A stretch of 64,000 bases of DNA from Lama guanicoe. Its lineage: Eukaryota. Shown here piece after piece: positions 23,801-35,994 of the stretch; the first letter of the stretch is position 1; each line of letters opens with the position of its first letter. The notes below the pieces were generated by a model, which saw nothing but the letters and a program-made list of their open reading frames with translations, searched no databases and was not told the DNA's origin. A program made the translations under genes and the position numbers. Location of the stretch: the NCBI GenBank assembly GCA_013239625.1, contig MU053334.1, positions 1 to 64,000 of the forward strand, read 5' to 3'.

Positions 23801-26800
23801 AAAACCAGAAGCCGCCAAGATGGTGTCCAACTGGAGAATGGACAGACCGTGGAATTCCCTAACAAGGGACTACAGGTCAGTGATGCTACTGGTTCACTCA
23901 ACAGCTTGGATGAATTGTAGCCACATTCTGCTGAGTGAAGAATCCAGACCCGTGTAGGACTCCGCTCACATGACGCCCTGGAAGAGGCACGGCCGCGGGG
24001 AAGCTGAGAGTCAGCGGGCCCCAGGGCTGATGGAGCGGGGCCCAGCTGGACCAAGGCTGTGCCCGCTCCACACGAGATGGAAACCACGGAGCTGTACGTC
24101 CCAAGACTGAACTGTTAGGTAGGCAAACTGAAAAAGGAGAAAATAAAACCTCGTCAAACTGGACACCTGGCACATTTGCATTTCGGTGAATGTAGACTTT
24201 ACTCCAGAAAAATGTTAACACTGAGGCACCCGGAAGATTCCCTGGCTTTTCTGGCTTATTTCCGAATCACGCCTGTTGTGTCATCAGGGTGTGCAGACAA
24301 AATACCGTGAACAGCATCCTCTGGAAACTGTCCTCTGGTCCCCTCTGTCCCATGTGCTGGCGGCCTACTCCGTGCACACCACCACAAGCGTCCCCGTCAG
24401 GTCGCAGGCACACAAGGTCACAGGGACGGGGCAGGGGGGCTCGCTAATCTCAAACTGGGATGGAAAGGCAGGGGTGCAGACTGCGCTCTGCACAAAATTG
24501 GCACCTCCTCCCGGGCTTCACGAGCCCAAGCTTGGCGGAGCTTCCAGGTGGCTGCCTCGGTGCCAATGTCTCAGGGCGAGGGCACGCCTGGCCGAATGAG
24601 CACTGCTGCAGTCAGGAAACTTGACTCTGCTCCTGCGGAGGCCACATCACCACTCAGAACCTTAGCGGGGGTGCAGGTTCCCAGTGACCCAAAGTCCCAT
24701 GTGACCCACCGGGAGGCAGCTCCTAATGGCTGCTCCTGCCCCACCCACTCTTTCCAGAACATCCCCTCAAGCGACACCAGCTGAGATGGCCCACGGGACG
24801 CCCACAGCCGGCTCCTGGGCCAGCCCCCTGGCCACGTGCCCTCCCAGGCACCCATGTGTGCCCCAGTCAGGGCTCCACCTGCCCAGACAGCAGGACCTCT
24901 AGCCCAGATCCCACTCACTGCCCTCCAAGCCTCATCTGAGAAAGGGGACCCAAGGATGGTGCCCAGAGCCCCGTGGTGCTGGTGCCTGGGCTGGGCTGGG
25001 GCTCTCCTGGTGTGTTTCCTGGGCCGGGTGGGCCGGGTGAGTGCAGCTGAGCCAGAGCCTGTCCAGGAGCTGAGGCGTGAGTGGGGTGGGGGTGAGGAGG
25101 CCTTGGGGGTCCCTCCTGCGGGTCTGGCCTTTGCAGGAGGTGAGCTACCGCCAGGGCAGGAACCAGGTTGTGGCCGTCCTGTTCATGTTCTTGAGTGAGG
25201 AGGACGCCTTCTGGGCACTGGCCCAGCTGGTGACAGACCAGAAGCACATTCCATGCGTGGTAGGTGACTGCTGTGGACCGCTGGATGTGACTCAGGGCCA
25301 GGACAGTCTCCCTGCAGAGTTCAGCCAGCAGTGGGGCTGGCAGGGACCCTGCCCCATCCACGTCCCCATCAGCGAAGGGCACGGCTCCCCACGCTGCCCT
25401 CAGGGTCTTACAGGCGTGGCCCTGGGTCCGGTCCCCGTCCAGATGCCTCTCACACCCCTGCTGGTCCTTCTGCCTTCTGTCTGTCCCCCCACCCATCCAC
25501 CCTCCAAGCCCATGGCCTGAAGAAGCCCAGGTGGCTGAGTACCCCTCCTGCACCCCCAGCCTGCTCCCCAAGCCCAGAGGCCATGCACCCCATCCCACCC
25601 GTGGGCAGCACTCCTTGCCCCTCAGTGCTGGAACCCCCATCCCCGTGCTGTGGCCACTGTGGGGAGGGGGCTTGCCAGGGCCGAACACCTGCTAGGCCCT
25701 CAGTACAGGGTGAGCGGCAGCCAAGCTGAGACTCTGGGAGCAGGTCCTCTGCCCCAGACACCAAAGGCAGGCCTGCTGCCTGGGCAGACCATGTCCAGCC
25801 CGGGCTCAGGAGGGCCGTGGGCAAGGCGGGGTCACTGTGGGGAGAGGCTTGGGCTCCTGAGGCACCCACAGTCCTCACCTCACTGGGAGGGGCTCTGACA
25901 TGTGGGGGCTTGGGGGCTCTCAGGCTTCTTTATCCCGGGATCCCCAAAACTGCTGAGATTCCAGGCTCATCACGAGCATTCTTCGCAGAGCCCTCCGCAA
26001 GCTGAAGCGGCACATGATGAGTAGCAGCGTCCCCCCAGAGATGTGGTCCCCCTGGCGGGGTGGGGGGCCCACCCCTGCAGGTTTCACTTTCCTTCTCCTT
26101 GGGGGGCCAAGTGGCCCACAGAAGGGAGGCTTCGGCTGACCAGGCAGGCCCTGAGCTGTCATGTCCCCCATCAGGACAAGGAACAGATGTCCACTGGCAT
26201 CCACACCACCAAGTGGTTCCTCCAGTGCTTCACTGACCGGGTGAGGCTGCCCAGGGAGGCTGAGCCCATCCCCAGACAGGCCGGGCCCCTCCTGAGGGCC
26301 TTTCTGGGGGCACCCTTGTCCAGCAGTCACAACCCCTAGGATGGGTCCACCTAGATAAGGAGCTGCAGGACCCTGTGTGATACAGCCTGGGTGGGGCAGG
26401 GACTGTAGGGACCAGAGGCAGGAGGGTGTCCTTACCTGTGCTGGCACCTCCACTGTGCCCCGCTCAGGAGCCTGCTGTCCCCACAGACCCTCCCCCCGAA
26501 GCTCTGGGACACCTACATCCTGGACAGTGAGCACGTGCTCATGGCCATGACCCACACTGTCCTCACAGTGCACAAAAGTGAGTCATCCAGGTGTGGAGAC
26601 CAAGGCCACGCAGGCGGGTGGGAGGGCAGGCTGGCAAGCGAGCTGGGCAGGGTATCCTCTGGAGAAGCAGCAGGACGGGGCGGCCTTTTGCTGTGGCCCT
26701 GCCTGAGGCTCCCCTGCGCACAGCTAGAGCCCCAGTGGTGGTGCACAGCAGGACCCAGCCACCGCCCACAGCAGGTACTCCAGGGTCGGGGGCTGAGACA

Positions 26801-28610
26801 GCCCACCAGGGTCCCTGCTGGCCTGATGGCACCCCTACCCCTAGAACGCTTCCTGAAGCTGCCCCTGGAGGGCCTGTGGGAATTTCTGCAGGACACGCTG
26901 TCCCAGCCCTGGGCCCCGGAGGACAAAGTGGTGCTTAGGCAGCTGCAGGCCTCGATGGCCGAGCTGCGCAGGATGAAGTGTGACCTGCCCCCACAGGTGG
27001 GCTCAGCAGGGGTCTCCACCTGACTCACCCTCTAGACCCCGGGCCTTCCTCCCCATCCCTGTCCATCTCCTCTTCTGTTCCAAGACTCAGCCACTAGGCC
27101 AGGGCTGGGCAGAGGGCAGACCCCGCAGATGCTAGAGGTCAGCGGCCTGGAGGTGGCGCTGTGTCAAGATAGGGCGGCCACACAGGGCCCCATGGGCTGC
27201 ACCTCCACAGGCCAGGAGGACACGCTGACAAATGTGCTAACTTGCAGTGACACCCAAGGGGTTCCCCACGAGGCCCCTGGGCCTGGAGCAAGCGTCCCCA
27301 GCATCCAGGCCTCTCACCTCTCCTAGCATGGACACGCTCCCCGGAGAGGACCAGCTGGCCCTCCCTGGCCCACCTGCCCAGCACGAGAAGCCCGAACCCT
27401 CACCCGGCCAGGTCATTCCAAAGGCCAAGGAGCAGCCGCACGAGGGGGCCACGTTCACAGGCTTGCCTCTGGCCACCTGGGAGGCTTCCAGTCTGGCCTG
27501 CCTGTCCCCAGCCCAGGACAGCCCTCAGGATTGGCTGCAGCCATGGCAATGGACTTCCCTCCCCAACCTCCCAGTGAACCACAAGGCTACGGGCAAGTGG
27601 CCCCCAGACATCAGCTGTGAGCCAGAACGCTGGGTCCCTTGCCATTCAGCCCCTTCTGAGGCCACCCCCAGGGCCACACAGGCCTGGCCCTGCAACCCCA
27701 TTGAGGCCCTGACGCAGGCTCCACCCAGCCCTCTGCAGATGCAGCCACAGGGCTCAGGACAACCCCCTGCCCCGCGAACCCTGTGGCCAGTGCCCCTCCC
27801 AGGACAGCGAGCAGCACGGCCAAGGCAGAGCCAGCGCAGCGCCCCAGGAGCAGCCCCAGGGCCCCACACGTCTCCACTACGCCGACTTCCGAGTCCACAG
27901 GGAAGCTGGATGCTCAGAGGCCTCCAGAGGGAGCGGTGATTCCCGAGGTCTCGGGGAGCTAGCTACGCACCCTGCCTCTTCATGCTGCCCTTCCTAGAGG
28001 ACACTGCCACCCTCACAGGGCACAAGCCCCTGACCCAGTGGGGCCTGGCCTGACCACAGGCCCCAAGAGGGCAGTGGCACCATGACCCCTACCACAGCCA
28101 GGACGAGGAGTGGAGGAACAAAGTGCCCCGAGTTCTGTCCCAAGGCAAAGCGAGCCCTCTCGGAGCTGTATCTGGCCCCCTGGGGCCTGGATGTGCCCCG
28201 CAAGGCCACCTCGGTGACGTGAGGGAGCTCTGGGAGCCACAGGCCACCCCACCGAGGGGTGGCAGGGGTGGGCGGAAAAGCCCCACCCTTGCACACATAA
28301 TGAGGCAGGAGCAATCAGATGCCAGGCCCCAAGCAGCCTCCTGACCCTACGTGGCGGAGCAGTGAGGCCGAGCTGAAGATGCTGGGGCCCTGCTCCAGGT
28401 CGGGCTGAACCCGACAGGCTGGGACCCCTTCTGTCAAAATTAGTAACTGCCTTTCAGGGTCCCAAACAGCCAAAAAATACGACCCCACCCGGAGACAGAA
28501 GGAACCCCCCCCACCGACTCCCAGAACCAATTCTGAAGAAGGCCACCTTCCAAGGGGAAGGATCGTGCCTTTGGTCTCAATTTCCCCCTTGCTGGTTAAA
28601 GGTCAATAAA
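20892..28610 (+). pseudogene. Unprocessed USP6NL/TBC1D26/TBC1D3-family Rab-GAP (TBC domain) pseudogene
   Basis: Exon relics in USP6NL order: 20892-20967 (LETILVSEWAEVTARY), ~21047-21115 (QKVLGFL), 22243-22297 (EEQLPS..HEAR), 24345-24383 (LSHVLAAYSVHTT), 25137-25259 (EVSYRQGRNQVVAVLFMFLSEEDAFWALAQL), 25924-26016 (FFIPGSPKLLRFQAHHE..LRKLKRHM), 26175-26240 (KWFLQCFTDR), 26487-26577 (LWDTYILDSEHVLMAM), 26845-26996 (FLKLPLEGLWEFLQDTL..QLQASMAELRRMKCDLP) and a Pro-rich last exon from 27248. AATAAA at 28605-28610. Frameshifts and dead donors are present. Confidence 0.85.
23190..24220 (+). mobile_element. Old LINE-1 3' fragments with a short (CA)n tract, inside the TBC pseudogene
   Basis: L1 3' motifs such as GGATGTGGAGCAACAGGAACTC..GCAAATGGTGCAGCTGCTTTGGAAGACAGTTTGG. 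(CA)n at about 23422-23445. Confidence 0.7.
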
Positions 28611-28802
28611 GTTGTTTTGTGTGTTACGTGCTAGACTGGCCTGTTCTTGTAGCACCAGAGGTCTCTGCGTGACCCACCCGGTGCCCCCAGAAGCAGAGGG
28701 ACCACTGGCCAGGGAAGCTGACGTTCCTGCCTGCCTTCTGGGAGGCCACGCACCTCAGCCTCCTAGCCTCAGCTGAACGCCAGGGTCAAGACCATCAAAT
28801 AA

Positions 28803-28808
28803 TTTACT
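28803..28808 (-). terminator. HRAS polyadenylation signal (variant AGTAAA)
   Basis: Minus strand GATCACAGTAAATTATTTGATGGTCTTG, matching the recalled end of human HRAS mRNA. Confidence 0.7.
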
Positions 28809-29078
28809 GTGATCGGCCTGCGCCCAGCGGGTCAGGACAGGGCTGGAGGAGAGGAATCGCTGGGGTGCCGGTAGCGTCAGTTCACGACAGTCTGTGCAAA
28901 TGTCCCAGGAGGCCTGTGGTCACTGTGTCCACCGACCTGGGCTGGCCGGGCTCCAGCGGCACTTCCTTCCTTCCCTTCTTCCGTCCCCTGCGTGGGCCTC
29001 CTCCCGGCATCCGGCACCTCCACTGGCAGGGACTGCCGGGCGGGGCCGGGGACCAGCCAGATGTCGGAGGATGGGCTG

Positions 29079-30417
<1,339 letters not shown>

Positions 30418-31299
30418 TCAAGGGACCGCGGCACTCGGCACTGCAGTGGTCTCCTGTCCCACCTGCTGAGAAAGCTGCACTCAGCCACAGCCAGACTACC
30501 CAGGGCCAGCCCACTGAGCTCCCAAGCCTGCCTGCCCTCTGGGTCCGTACATCCAGGTAACAGGGGTGGTAGCCAGAATGGTGACCCAACTGCTCACGTG
30601 TGGCACCCCCAGCTCAGAGAGGAAGAGGGTCCTGCCTCCAGCCACACTTAAGGACTGTGTGAGAGAAGCAGGGAGCCACCCCTGCAGGGCTGACAAGCAT
30701 GCACCCAAATTAGAAGCTGCTGGGTAGGCAAAAAACCTGAACTGGAGGTGCTGCGGGCTGAGGTTACCAGCAACCCCCCACAAGAACAGGTCCTGCCACA
30801 GCAGCGGGCACAGGAGCATGCCTAGACAGGTCAGTGGCAGCCAACACTGGGCTCTGGCCCCGCCAGGCACGCTGGTCCACTTGACAAGTATTCACTGAGC
30901 GCCTACTGGGTGCAGGGCGCGGTTACAGGCACAGGGTGACAGCAGGCAGAAAGAACGCCTGCCCCATTGGGCTCAGGCTATGCTCCAAGGAAAAGACCCA
31001 CATACTTAGAATAAACAGAAACCTTGGTGCCCTGTTGCCCTAACTTTTGAGAACGTAAGACGTTGAGGAGGCCGGGCGGGGGGCCAGGGCTCCAGGAAGC
31101 ATAATCTGATCAAGGGAAAAACACCCAAAGGAGGTGTGGGAACAGGGGCACAGGTGAAAAAGAAAAAGGGGCCTCAGGCAAGGCCCCCGGCTGGGGTGTC
31201 CCAATTTGTGATGTTTAAAGACGGGGGTGCCCTTGTTGGGACAGTGGGCAGTGATTTCCTAAACCCCAGGTATGCCTGCTGTGTGTGATGGCTGCCAGG

Positions 31300-33760
31300 T
31301 GCCCGCGCTCTTCGGAGGGGTCCCTGCGGCCTGGCGGGCGGGCGACCCCGCCTAGCGCCATGGTCACGGGCGGGCCTCGGCTCGCGGGCACCCAGCGCAC
31401 AGCCTGAGGGCACTAGCCGGGCCCCGAAAGACAGCGCCCGGGACACGGAGCCCGAGGGGATGGCCAGGGCGAGGCAGAGCGGACCCGGGGCCGCCCGCAG
31501 CCCCAGCCGCAGGGCCCCGCCCGCCGCCGCCGCCCGCGGCTCACCTGCGCCCCCGCGCGCCCGCGCGCACAGAGAGGATCGCGGGCCCCCCGCCCGGTCC
31601 CCGGCCCCCGCCGCACTCACCGCTCACGGGCGCGACTGCCCCCGGGGCCGGGGCGAGGGGGGCGGCGCGGGCCGGGGCCAGGGCGCACGGCTCGCCCGGC
31701 GCATGGGCTCCGTCCGCGGCGGGTGCGGCTCCGGCTGCGGGCGGCGAACACTCGACCGGGCCCGCGCCCATCCGTCAGCCCGACGAGCCTGCTATTGGCC
31801 GCGCGCGCCGGGACCCGCCCCACAGCGCCTTAGCCCCGCCCCAACCCTCTCAGATTGGTTGAGCGGCCCGTCCGTCAGAGGTCGCGGCCGGGCGGGGCTT
31901 CCGGGAGCCGTTCAGAGGGCGATGCCGGCCCGGGTGGCCCTCGTGGGCCGCGGCCTGCGGGACTGGCTCGGCCAGGTATATGGCCTGGGGGAGACAGCTT
32001 CCCTGGGGACGGCCCGGACTTTCCCGGAAAGAGGCAGGACTCGCGGGGAGATAGAGACCCCGCTGTAAAGTGAGTCCGCGGCGGTTGTGGACTGGGGCGG
32101 GGTCGCAGGGGTCAGACCAGAGCTCCTGCACTGCACGGGGTCTTGCGCCGGGCCCCTCCGCACCTCGACGGCGCGCACAGTTGCGCCCACGCCTCCCTGC
32201 GCCTTCGGAGGGCATACCACCAAAGGGGGCCCGGAGGAGAGGTGACTCGGAACGGAGGAGACAGCACTTCCAAGCCTCAGGGAGGGTGGGGTCCGCGGGG
32301 TCAGCACCATGGACATCCCCTGGACCTGGGGCTGGAGAAAAGCGGAGGGGTCGCCGGGACGAAGGTCCGGCGCTTGTGACTCCCGTTCCCAGGACGCCTA
32401 GCAGCTTCGGCTGGGTCCTCGGGGGCGGCTCAGTCTTGCATCTTGGGCCTGGCAGGGCAGGGTCTGGGAGGGGACGTCTGAGCTCGCGGAGCATCGAGTC
32501 CGGCTCAGTCTTACCCAGCGGGGTGCGTCTTGCTTCTCACTCACTTACCGTGTAGCCTCGCCCGGAGCTCCGAGGAAGGCCCCTCTCCTGCATCCCCTCA
32601 TCGCCAGCATCCCCCAACTTGGGCAGGCCCTGCAGACTACCCGCCCACGGAGCTCCTCACCAAACCCTGAGATCCCAGCCCTTCCGCAGCGCACCGTGAG
32701 GCCCAAACAACAAACGGAACCCTCCCAATTCAACCCAAAAGTTACCATGGGGGTTGAACTGAAGTCTCCCCCACCCCAAGCACAAACATGCACATCGTGT
32801 CCTTTCAAGACTCTCAGAAAGGCATGTTTTTAACGTTTAAAAATTTGTCGAAGTAACGCATAAACACATCCTCCTTATTTACCAGAAAAGACTGTTCATT
32901 ACCCTCTTCCATTCCATACCTCTTCCAAGACATTCGGCCCCCTCCCGCGCCGGCTCTGCGCTGTTTCCCTGAGTTCACCCCACTGCAGGCCTTGGCCTTG
33001 GAGGGCCCCTGGGGGCCACCCCCCGCCCCCACGGTGGCGGCGACCCCACTTGCCGAGGCTGTGTCGGGCTGGCACGGCCTGACTCGCGCCTGGCGCGCGT
33101 AGACGCGAAGTAAAGGCGGAAAGTGAAAACGGGTGGCGGCCACCCTCACCGGCGCACTCACTCTGGACTCCCTTCCAGGTGTCCAGGTCGGCATTTCCCT
33201 CGTCCTCAGACGGTCTTTTCCCAGGGCGCTTCCTTCGGTCGAGGCATCGGCCACACTTGCAGGCGGAGGTAGATCGCGCAGGGCTTCCGGGACCCTGCAC
33301 CGGTGTCTCCCACCTTAGAAAGGTGGGCGCGTGTCTCCAGCCCAGACCTCCTTTGAGGAGGCCGACACCTGGCCCCGCTGCGCCCCGCTGGGTCGACGGC
33401 GTCCCACTTCCCCAGCTTCCCTCCGGGTGGAGGGGCGCCCACACGCCCGCACCCCCAGCTGGGCTGGCTACCGCCCCGCTTGCCTGCCAGCCGGCCCTAG
33501 CAACCGTTGCCGAGGGGCGTGGCTCGGCCGCGCGGCGCCGGGAGGACGCTGAGGTTCAAGAATATTTGCGTTTTCGGCCGAGGCCCCGCCCCCGTTGCCT
33601 TGGCGCCCAGGGCTCTCAACCCCGCCGCCGGAAGAACCGCCCCGAGTCGAAGAGAGTGCCCGGCGGAGGAGGGCGCCCAGGGCCGAGCCCCCGGGGCCGG
33701 AGCACCGGGGCCGAGCCCTCAGGTGAGAACTAAGTTTGCCTTTGGGTCCAGGGCCACGGG
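31300..33760. promoter_or_regulatory. CpG island(s) holding the divergent HRAS and LRRC56 promoters
   Basis: Very high CpG. Minus-strand CCAAT boxes at 31794-31798 and 31854-31858, GC boxes, X-box-like motifs at 33491-33607 and a candidate + strand donor CAG|gtgaga at 33723. Confidence 0.8.
31621..31790 (-). other. HRAS: HRAS non-coding first exon (5' UTR)
   Basis: ...GGGGCAGTCGCGCCCGTGAGCG|gtgagtgcgg donor at 31621/31620, with the matching acceptor at 30462. The transcription start is approximate. Confidence 0.75.
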
Positions 33761-35994
33761 CCTCGCTACCTACCCAGTGCCAGGGGGTAAACAGGCCGAG
33801 GACGAAGCAGCAAAGCCAGTGGGGTCCCAGTGATGCCCCAGATGTCAGATCAGGTCCCCTGGGGACCCTGCCCACAACCCCTGGCCGTGCGCTGAGGCGC
33901 TCCCAGTCACCTGCGCAGAGACCCAGACTCTGGGGGGTTCTGTGGTGGGGACCTAGGAGTGGAGCCGGCCATGCCCTCAGAAGGGATGGCAGGTGGAGAG
34001 GACCCAGAGAGCTGATGGTCCAGGCTGGGAAATGGCCTGGACTATGAAGAGGGAATGGCCCCCAGGTTTCCACCTCAGGGGCTCACAGAGTGGTAGGGCA
34101 GGATGGCATCAGGTCCATGAACAGTGTGGACAGGTCCAGGCCCGCGAATGGATGTGAGGGGACAGTGTCTAGATGGGAGCTGCAGCCCTGCTCCTTGGAC
34201 CTCAAGACCTTGGGGCTAGACTGGACCTGTGCTCTGGGCCTAATCACAGACAAGATCTCAGGTCAGCTGCTCTCAGGCACGGAGGGAAGAGGGTGGCGTA
34301 CCGGCTCCCCAGGGCCACGGCCTGGCTAGCCCATACCTTCCCCATAGCCCACAGCTCGCAGCATCTTCCCAGGGGGCCCGATGGTGGGGCCCTCCTCCAA
34401 GGTTTGGGGCCTTTCACCAGTGAGAGAAAGGCAGGCAGGAGAAGAACTTTTGGGAAAAAATCCTGGCCACAAACTCCATGAGGTGTTAACCTCCATGGGT
34501 CCTTGGTGTACGGGTCACTTTCCACATGGGGGCACTCCCAAGGCCCAGTACTGTCTCACACCCTCTCTGTCAGAGCCTAGTGGAGAGCTGCCCAGGCCGA
34601 GGGAGGCGTCTCTAGACTTGATGGACAGGATGAGTGTTGAATGTCCACAGGGGCTGGTAGATAAGAACTGGCCAGAGGCTGCACCTGCCACATTCACTGA
34701 TTTTTCAGGGGTTATTTTAGAGCCCGTTCTGCACACCATGGGCAGGGCAGGACATGGCGCAGGGCACACGCACGCACTCGGAGCAAGGCACGCACTCAAC
34801 TGAATGAGTTGTGAAACACAGAGGGCTGTGGGAGGGGCCAGTCTTAAGAAGTAAATCCAGGAAGGGCAGGAGGAAGCTCAGGAGTAGGGGGGTCGGCGAG
34901 GCCCTGACCTGAGGTGGAGGCAGGGAGGATGTTCCAGCAGGCCTCTGGCTCTGCCCCCAGAGATGATTCCAGGGTCTGGGGCCAGGCCCAGGCATCTGGG
35001 TCTCTGAGGAGGGGTGCCAGGGGAGCCTGGTGCAGGTAGTCCTGGACACAGCGGACAGCCTGCCCTGGGGTCTGGGGGGGCAATGCTCAGGAGGGATGGG
35101 GTGCCAGGGAGGCCTGTGCACGGAAGATGGTCCAGAGTGACAGGCTGGGGACCCCTTTTGGAGGAGTTGCAGTCAAAGATGGAAGGAAGTGAGGATTTGA
35201 ATGAAGACAAGGCATTTGCTCTGGAGGGACCCCAACGTCGGTCACCCACATGGCTGTCTTCCTCGTCAGCCGTGTCAGGGGCCCCATCAGGATGACCAAA
35301 AGGACCTAGGACCAGGCCCTAGGCCAGCAGCCCCTACAGCCTCTGCACCTGCTTGCTACTGGGCCCTGTGACCTTGGCCCAGCCTGTCCCAGGTCCCTTA
35401 GTCACAGTGGCCCAGCCAGGAGGCCAGCCTGACTCTCTCTAACAGGTGCCGCCTGGGACCACATGCTGCCCTCTTGCCCAGGTGTTTGACCCCCGGTGGG
35501 AAAAGGCAGCTGCCTCCAGGTGAGGGGGCTCGGTGGGCACAGGGGTGGGATGGCAAAAGGCCTGAGACCCCCGGACTCAGAGCCCATCCGGTAGAGAAAT
35601 GCACATAGCACAAGGCCTGAGGCAGAGGCTTACTGCCGGTCACAGCGGGCAAACAAGCAAACAGGACCTGGAGGCGGCCCCCTGGGCTCACAGCCTACAT
35701 GGGCCTCAGATGGGGAGGCCAGCACCAGCACCCCTCGCGTGGACCCGGAAGGATGAGCAAAAACCCATGGAGAGTGGCCTGCCCAGGCTCAGGGAGGGGG
35801 CTGCGAGGCCCTCAGGCAGGCTGTTACTAAGTGGTGAGGGCAGAGCCTTCCCGGGGCCCAGAGGGGATCTGGGGGCTGGCTGTGCAGACACATGTCCAGG
35901 CTGTGCAGGGTCTCTGCTGAGCTGCATGCATGTCAGAGCAAGAGCAGAGGCTCACAGCTGTGCCCTCTGCCTTCGCCCAGCACATTGGATGTGA

